Source: Candidatus Moraniibacteriota bacterium (GTDB taxonomy: Bacteria > Patescibacteriota > Minisyncoccia > Moranbacterales > GCA-2747515). From it: a stretch of DNA of 64,000 nt. Below are positions 59,401 to 64,000 of the stretch, piece after piece (position 1 is the first letter of the stretch; each line of letters opens with the position of its first letter). The translations under genes and the position numbers were made by a program. The notes under the pieces are model-generated. The model was not told the DNA's origin, did no database searches, and saw only the letters and a program-made list of their open reading frames with translations. The stretch is taken from positions 5,714-69,713 of the forward strand of contig JALVQA010000013.1 of the NCBI GenBank assembly GCA_027031495.1, in the 5' to 3' direction.

Positions 59401-61010
59401 TTAGGATCGTCGGCATCTGGATTGGAAATTGTTCCGATGTGCGTGTAACCAACGCCAGAAGGATCGCATGTATCCGTATTCTCATCGTAAGGCGCATACG
59501 ATAGGTCAACATGATCAACACCACTGAGCGCATCCACTGACTGCCCCTGAATAGTAATGCTCGTATTTTGATAGAATACTCCTTCAACCGGTGTGCTAAT
59601 AGTGGATGTTGGCTCCGTAGCATCGTATGTTACTTGACAGCTACCGTCTAGCGACTCGTCACTCACTGCCCATGCTGACTTATTGCCGGCTGTATCCACG
59701 GCGCGCACCGCAAAGCCGTACGTGCCCTCATGTGGCAACCACACACCATTGTACTGGAATATTGAATCAGTGAACACTCTCTTTTCTATGCCAATAGAAC
59801 CGTCCGGCGCATTAAACGACGTGTACTCATAGTGGTCAAAGTCGGGTTCTGTATTATCATCCCAATCAGGCCACATCTTTTGAATCTTTGAGTATACAGG
59901 ACGATCGTCAGTACCACATTCATATACTTTATTACCCTCATGCGGTGCGATGCGACGCAATCCTGTTGGACGTGCCGGCGGACCATCATACGTAATAGAG
60001 CATTCATTACTCCACTCAGAAACGGGCTCATCGGCGTCTACAACGTTGTCATTATCCTCATCAAACCATGCACGTACACGTGAGCCGTATGTCCCATCAT
60101 GTCCAGGGTTACCACCAAATGTTCTGTAATTTGTGTATGGGTGTGTGTAAATCTCGCTACCACGCCAACCATATGCACCTTCCTTCTTATACTGTCGCTG
60201 GTACTTGATCTTCGCATTGCCATGCGCAACATCCGTCCAGTGGATTGATATAGCATTAATATGTGTTACACCACCCATACATGCGAATTCATTCGGATCA
60301 CGTGGCGTTGCAGGATCATCACTACTGCTGTTTTTCTCGTTATATCCTGTCTGAACAGGTGTTGGGATGCCTGTATGAATAGTGTTATCATCAATAGTTT
60401 CTCCATCAACCCATCCACTTGTAGGATTGTCAAATTCTGTCTGCCATGCTGTAAAAGCAAATCTAAAAGAGCACTCTTCGTTTAGAGGTGTATCGTCCGG
60501 TGCGGTGATTGTAAAAATCCACTCATCGTGCGCATCCACCGCCAACATATGCGTCTCACTATCTAAATCAGAAAGGCCTCCATCATACACAACACTACCA
60601 TTCCGCTGCACTTCAACTTTCAGCGCTTCACACAATGCATCATCACCGTCAACTTTCTCAAAGACAACATTGTAATGAAAATCAACGCCACCGACATTCT
60701 CCACTTTTGCCGTTCGCGTAACACTGTCACCCGGCACCATATTCTCGGCAACTGTCGACAATTGCAATCCTGCATCCTGGCTCGTTGCTTTCATATCAAG
60801 ACTGCTGGCACCTATGCTCCCGGTAGCTGTTTCATGATCAATGTATGCTGCGTGCACATCTGTACTCAGCGCACTTACACACACAAAAACAGCAGCGCCA
60901 CTCAGCAGTGTCTTTAACGCCACTTTTAGAAGTTTCTCACAATGTTTTTGACTACAGTATCCTTTCTTCATACTCTTTTTCACATGTCTTATATTATATG
61001 GCACCATCAT
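56412..61010 (-). CDS. Giant (1532 aa) secreted multidomain surface protein: TasA/camelysin-like N-terminal domain, multiple Ig/FN3-like beta domains, a lamin-tail-like domain, and an approximately 340-aa acidic/Lys-rich disordered C-terminus
   Basis: A single uninterrupted ORF with a signal peptide and the MVPGDSVTRTAKVENVGG motif. It has repeated beta-rich modules, an LTD-like segment (VVLNEFMPQPAVGKEWVELRN) and a D/E/K/G-rich tail. Confidence 0.7.
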   Translation of the reverse strand: MMVPYNIRHVKKSMKKGYCSQKHCEKLLKVALKTLLSGAAVFVCVSALSTDVHAAYIDHETATGSIGASSLDMKATSQDAGLQLSTVAENMVPGDSVTRTAKVENVGGVDFHYNVVFEKVDGDDALCEALKVEVQRNGSVVYDGGLSDLDSETHMLAVDAHDEWIFTITAPDDTPLNEECSFRFAFTAWQTEFDNPTSGWVDGETIDDNTIHTGIPTPVQTGYNEKNSSSDDPATPRDPNEFACMGGVTHINAISIHWTDVAHGNAKIKYQRQYKKEGAYGWRGSEIYTHPYTNYRTFGGNPGHDGTYGSRVRAWFDEDNDNVVDADEPVSEWSNECSITYDGPPARPTGLRRIAPHEGNKVYECGTDDRPVYSKIQKMWPDWDDNTEPDFDHYEYTSFNAPDGSIGIEKRVFTDSIFQYNGVWLPHEGTYGFAVRAVDTAGNKSAWAVSDESLDGSCQVTYDATEPTSTISTPVEGVFYQNTSITIQGQSVDALSGVDHVDLSYAPYDENTDTCDPSGVGYTHIGTISNPDADDPNNNTSFTWSYSWTPSTDGTYCIKASATDNVGNSEHSPIVKGITYRRIAPALAILRFDPNEIDTTDSEQTVDVYFKTASDSHIGGPSRTSSVPSYILFVSPSGNKSVTALLQDATAEGDGVYKASVTFPRDAEQGEWVLRRFFLVDDNGNYAQWLTDDLLRQELPVTIYNGVSASVDTEAPILESISIAPHDVNTDYGPQTVTVRMHITDRGTGLDTSTYSGTKFIIGNAGTYQDGRINAVEKFIRDEHRTSGTQQDGKYEITVDIPQWAAQGEWTFTYIALTDNMGNTRRYEVGDLGDFGDLIVTNHAESPADTQHPVLEDATTVTPMVINTEDHVQDVTVQFRVTDNITGLAAGDGYATYRPYLMFYPVGGGTGLRYPITDDDRTSGTDQDGTYSITVTFPRGARSGEWMLMFYLPDYAGNVAVYSDYLKITNKAMVSDTEAPVLEAFDFTPKVVNTVDGAKEITFTARVRDDMSGLDGMNVEIEAANGEEDGFLHINGADCTPTGTSGEVECTGSITLRKGSYPGTWTVVDVWLGDVVSNARQYETRDLVDAGFPTEIENTQVVLNEFMPQPAVGKEWVELRNISNDNVDVDGWYIADSNGQQRVIDVKHTNTGSTTIEPGERLVIQNYRSFYLNNNGDAVKLFDNEGNLVDEYEYDADAVEEGKSIARDWDHDGAWVDPIPTPGKKNNISNDKDEMRAYYKEHCFDESGAPLCSKDFMKKYDLFDERQEEGDTQRVLKTRQADHEVGEKEAAGGDMHEDGAQDASASGSDDKKKDGQEKHDGVAGDTHDATDSAGVADTETKGDVTDKSDDKNGGDKESGDKKEGTDVAGAHDEGGVATGATKGDEKSDDEDADKEGGKYGDSANSEKKDKDGGNGTDADNKKAQDDEREMQESMKEKDGEKEVDKGAEKSDKKEARKKEKKEEEKDGDNERKENKSNKDKAGQKVKSPEKKEEKGLDESKDDGDVDRDGNDGDDQQAPKLVDGVVAPGSESV

Positions 61011-61024
61011 ATACTTTTAGTAGT

Positions 61025-61534
61025 TTACTCCCCTTTTCTTTCACTACCCCTTATTGCTCTCTTTCTTATTTTTAAAATCGCAGAAATCGTGACATACAGC
61101 GCCGGCACCAGAACACATAGAACAACACCCGTCCTCGTCTGCAAAAATGCTATCACATAACCGAGATACGGCAGCGACAACACAACCACCCCCTTTACCG
61201 CACTGTGTGGCACCGCATCCATGTCTGCTGTATTATTCGCATCACCCTTGGTGGTGTACACATCACCATCATTGCGTACAATACGATGTGTCACCAGATC
61301 GCGTTCTTTGTCATGAAAAGTAACAACATCGCCAACCGCATATGTTGCTTGTCTGCGCACAATAACGATGCTCCCTGTCTTTATCGTCGGCTCCATGGAA
61401 CCGGAGCGAATAATGAGTAGGTGATAATCAGAGTGTGGCAGGGCAATCATCGCACCCATAAAGAGTATTAGCCCGCCTGCAAACACAACAACCGTCCACT
61501 CAATAATCTTTCCTACTTTTTTTACACTACTCAT
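61025..61534 (-). CDS. sipW: Signal peptidase I of the SipW (archaeal/ER-type, S26B) class
   Basis: 169 aa with N- and C-terminal TM helices, a SGSMEP catalytic-Ser box, an HR box (THRIV) and GDAN...D. Confidence 0.8.
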   Translation of the reverse strand: MSSVKKVGKIIEWTVVVFAGGLILFMGAMIALPHSDYHLLIIRSGSMEPTIKTGSIVIVRRQATYAVGDVVTFHDKERDLVTHRIVRNDGDVYTTKGDANNTADMDAVPHSAVKGVVVLSLPYLGYVIAFLQTRTGVVLCVLVPALYVTISAILKIRKRAIRGSERKGE

Positions 61535-61655
61535 GCACTAATCACATCATCAAAGAACACTCTCTCCATCAACAATATCCCCTTTGGAAATTCAATCTTT
61601 ACAAGATTCAATCGCCCAAAGAGAAGCGGAAGAGCTCTTCCGCTCCATAAAAATA

Positions 61656-62327
61656 CTAGTTGTTGTGTACTTGATTGTCTACATTTTGTGTTAATGTAGC
61701 TACAAGGTTAACAACCACAGCGTCAGTCATGTAGACGTTGTCATTGCTACTTTCGGGAAGTGACCAATGAACTGTTACCTCAACAGTTTCCCCCTCTCCC
61801 AGTTCAGCAGAAGGAGTAATGCCGCTATCTACAAGTGCCTTGAGGCTCTTATCAGGAAGCGGGTTAACAAATGTTTCCGTTGATGATGTTGAGCCATCAA
61901 ATCTTGTAATATCCACACTGTCAATCATGATGTGCTCTGAAAGCTCGCCATTACCTGGTCCAACAAATTGACTTGGATCTTGTATTGCCTTTGCGGCAGC
62001 ACCATTTAAGGTACATGTCGTATCGCCACCTTCGTTATTCTCCGGTTCTACACAGTAGTTCTCATAATCTATAAGACCTTCGAAACTCACTTCTACAACA
62101 CCATTAACTGCATTAGAGTCATTTGTCACCTCTCTTGTAACAGTACCAGAGTCACCTGGCGCTACATTGGAGATTACAATCTCTTCATCATCTAGCAGAA
62201 GTTCCATGTATCCGCTTTGGATAGAACCGCTTGCACTCTTTGTGCTTGTCCATGCGGCATAGGAGCCAACACCTGCCACAGCTGCCACCGCTGCAACAGC
62301 AAATGCGCTCATAAGAATCTTTTTCAT
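61656..62327 (-). CDS. TasA/camelysin-like secreted protein with a SipW-cognate-type signal peptide
   Basis: 223 aa from the internal ATG at 62325-62327 (MKKILMSAFAVAAVAAVAGVGSYAAWTST), with a VAPGDSGTVTREVTNDSN motif; immediately upstream of sipW. Confidence 0.65.
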   Translation of the reverse strand: MKKILMSAFAVAAVAAVAGVGSYAAWTSTKSASGSIQSGYMELLLDDEEIVISNVAPGDSGTVTREVTNDSNAVNGVVEVSFEGLIDYENYCVEPENNEGGDTTCTLNGAAAKAIQDPSQFVGPGNGELSEHIMIDSVDITRFDGSTSSTETFVNPLPDKSLKALVDSGITPSAELGEGETVEVTVHWSLPESSNDNVYMTDAVVVNLVATLTQNVDNQVHNN

Positions 62328-62735
62328 AAACTTTATATTTATTACATTTGTTACAAATCTTTTGCCACACACATGCAATTTGCGAGGCGACCCGGATATG
62401 CGTAGCGCATATTTCTCGCACGACACTGCCGGCGTGTGGTGAGACTTTATCATCTCACAGAACCTTCCAAAATATGTATTTCCGACGCTTTATTTTGATA
62501 TTGCTTCCGCTGCCTTGGGAAGTTATGTGATGTATAAAGTAGGCACTGATGACTCTCTTTCCCTTAAAGAACATCATTGCATCCAAGACAACCCTATCAA
62601 CTCGTATACTACAGTATACACCTATGCGCATGGTCGTCAAGTATTTTCCACACCACAGCATGCCGCTCTCATTATAGCACTCTCACACATCATGTTATAC
62701 TAAAGGAGCGTAAGTTTTTAATTGAGAATATACTT

Positions 62736-63086
62736 ATGAGTACACTCCACGATGTTTTGGACGCGGCTGTTACGCAGTTGCACACCGACGCCGGCGAGGC
62801 AACTGTAGATACAGCGCTCCTTGAAGCTGTCGCAAAGGGTCTTGGTCCTGCAATCTATAATGATGATGCATCCACTGTGTCATGCTCTGACAAAGATGAG
62901 CTCGCACGTGTGCGTGAAAGTTTTGTTAAAGAAAAACTCGGCGTTGGCGCTCCTGATGAAGAGATTGACGCCGCGATTGCGTCAGTGTGCGAGAAACTCG
63001 GCACAAGCAACCGCAACAAACTGCGCGTTGTTTTCTATTATCTCCTCACACGTTACTTTGGCAAAGAAGATATCTACAAGGCATAG
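62736..63086 (+). CDS. DUF2853-like small protein
   Basis: 116 aa from an internal ATG (MSTLHDVLDAAV ... LLEAVAKGLGPAIYNDDASTVSCSD ... NRNKLRVVFYYLL), resembling the DUF2853 family from memory. Confidence 0.5.
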   Translation: MSTLHDVLDAAVTQLHTDAGEATVDTALLEAVAKGLGPAIYNDDASTVSCSDKDELARVRESFVKEKLGVGAPDEEIDAAIASVCEKLGTSNRNKLRVVFYYLLTRYFGKEDIYKA

Positions 63087-63110
63087 TCTTTGTATGAAAC
63101 GTAAAAAAGA

Positions 63111-63145
63111 AAGCCCTGGTGGTTATTACCGCCAGGGCTTTTTAG
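63111..63145. terminator. Bidirectional intrinsic terminator
   Basis: agccctggtgg ttatt accgccagggct stem, followed by TTTTT and preceded by an A-run, between convergent genes. Confidence 0.55.
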
Positions 63146-63161
63146 TGTGCAGGCCTTCGTC

Positions 63162-64000
63162 CTATTTTGCCCGCACAAAGTTAATGATTGCCGCATGCAC
63201 GTCATCATCCATGATGAGGGCGCGGTGATCAACGCCTGCACTGTTTCGGTACGTCACAAAGCGTGACGCAACAGGAAACGACGCAGAATCCGCTATAACC
63301 ACGCCGTCGCCGTTTGCATACCACACACGCTGCGGCGCGTTTGCAAGGACAACGGAGCGCGGATCACCGTTTGGCCAGCGCGTACGTGCTTTACACGGCA
63401 CGATACCGAGATCACGCACAAGAATTTCTTGTGGCGTCTTTGTGCCCGTGCCTGTAATGTTCAGCACCGTCGCACCATTTGCAAAGAGCGCACCGGCATT
63501 TGCATTAAGATCTTCCAGCCACGTATTGTGACGGCAGAGATCTTCGTATGCGACCGGCTCGGCAATCTTTTTTAGCGGATGCCAGCGACGGATGTAGTCA
63601 AACGTCGGTGTCAGTTTACCAACCGACGGTACATACTCCTGCACGTACTGATAGTCAAACAGCGCAGGACCATTCGTACTGACACCATCAAGAAACGCGC
63701 TGACGTCTTGGTTGATTTGCGCCCACTTCATGACGCCAAGAAGCGTCTCTTTGAGCGCACGTTCACCGCGCGTACCCATGACATCACCACCGTAGAGGTA
63801 GTACGCCTCTACAGCACCACGGTGTGGCGTGCCAACGAAGATGGCTTTTGCCACTTGCGCGCAGAGGCCCTTTTGCATGCATGCACGCACGACGAGACCG
63901 CCGTAGCTGTGCGCAACGATCGCAATAGTGCCACTGTCCGTTTGCTCCGCAAGGGCTCTGACCTGTGCATCAAGATACGGTACCAGCGCATCCGGCGTGT
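63162..64000 (-). CDS. Alpha/beta-hydrolase-fold lipase/esterase (GxSxG AHSYGG); N-terminus lies beyond the window
   Basis: The reading frame stays open upstream of the listed GTG start (... IAIVAHSYGGLVVRACMQ ...) to the window edge, with the nucleophile elbow AHSYGG as in Bacillus LipA-type lipases. Confidence 0.7.
   Translation of the reverse strand, partial: TPDALVPYLDAQVRALAEQTDSGTIAIVAHSYGGLVVRACMQKGLCAQVAKAIFVGTPHRGAVEAYYLYGGDVMGTRGERALKETLLGVMKWAQINQDVSAFLDGVSTNGPALFDYQYVQEYVPSVGKLTPTFDYIRRWHPLKKIAEPVAYEDLCRHNTWLEDLNANAGALFANGATVLNITGTGTKTPQEILVRDLGIVPCKARTRWPNGDPRSVVLANAPQRVWYANGDGVVIADSASFPVASRFVTYRNSAGVDHRALIMDDDVHAAIINFVRAK

Overview
This 64-kb window is gene-dense, about 45% GC by eye, and mostly coded on the minus strand. 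The overall picture (a compact S10/spc ribosomal block ending in tuf with no fusA, ribosomal proteins with lysine-rich extensions, lactate dehydrogenase plus 2-oxoacid:ferredoxin oxidoreductase, many signal-peptide and Cys-rich secreted proteins) suggests a small-genome fermentative bacterium, possibly CPR/Patescibacteria-like. That is inference from content only.

Recognisable genes: rpsZ(partial)-rplE-rplX-rplN-rpsQ-rpmC-rplP-rpsC-rplV-rpsS-rplB-rplW-rplD-rplC-rpsJ-tuf; a MutY/Nth-family glycosylase; ldh; rseP; frr; a BNR-repeat lipoprotein; a HlyD-like adaptor; tRNA-Lys(UUU); a CorA-like protein; cysS; dnaB; recR; an aminotransferase; tsaC; a DEDDh exonuclease; two suf loci (sufC-sufB-[SLT/LysM gene]-short sufD, and sufS ... 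sufU-ferredoxin-sufT); korAB; xseAB; a thermonuclease; a beta-CASP MBL RNase; miaB; ddl; an AlkD-like alkylation repair protein; two paralogous lytic-transglycosylase-domain proteins; several large Cys-rich or Ig-like surface proteins; and a SipW signal peptidase/TasA-like module with a 1532-aa giant surface protein.

The most unusual locus is a GC-rich patch (about 17.0-18.7 kb; the small ORF in it is about 70% GC) immediately downstream of tRNA-Lys. It holds a 104-aa ORF that, from memory, resembles DUF1874 cyclic-oligoadenylate ring nucleases (AcrIII-1/Crn2), and more than 1.2 kb of ORF-free, hairpin-dense sequence that could be a large structured ncRNA or a mobile-element remnant. No cas genes, integrase or CRISPR array are visible in the window.
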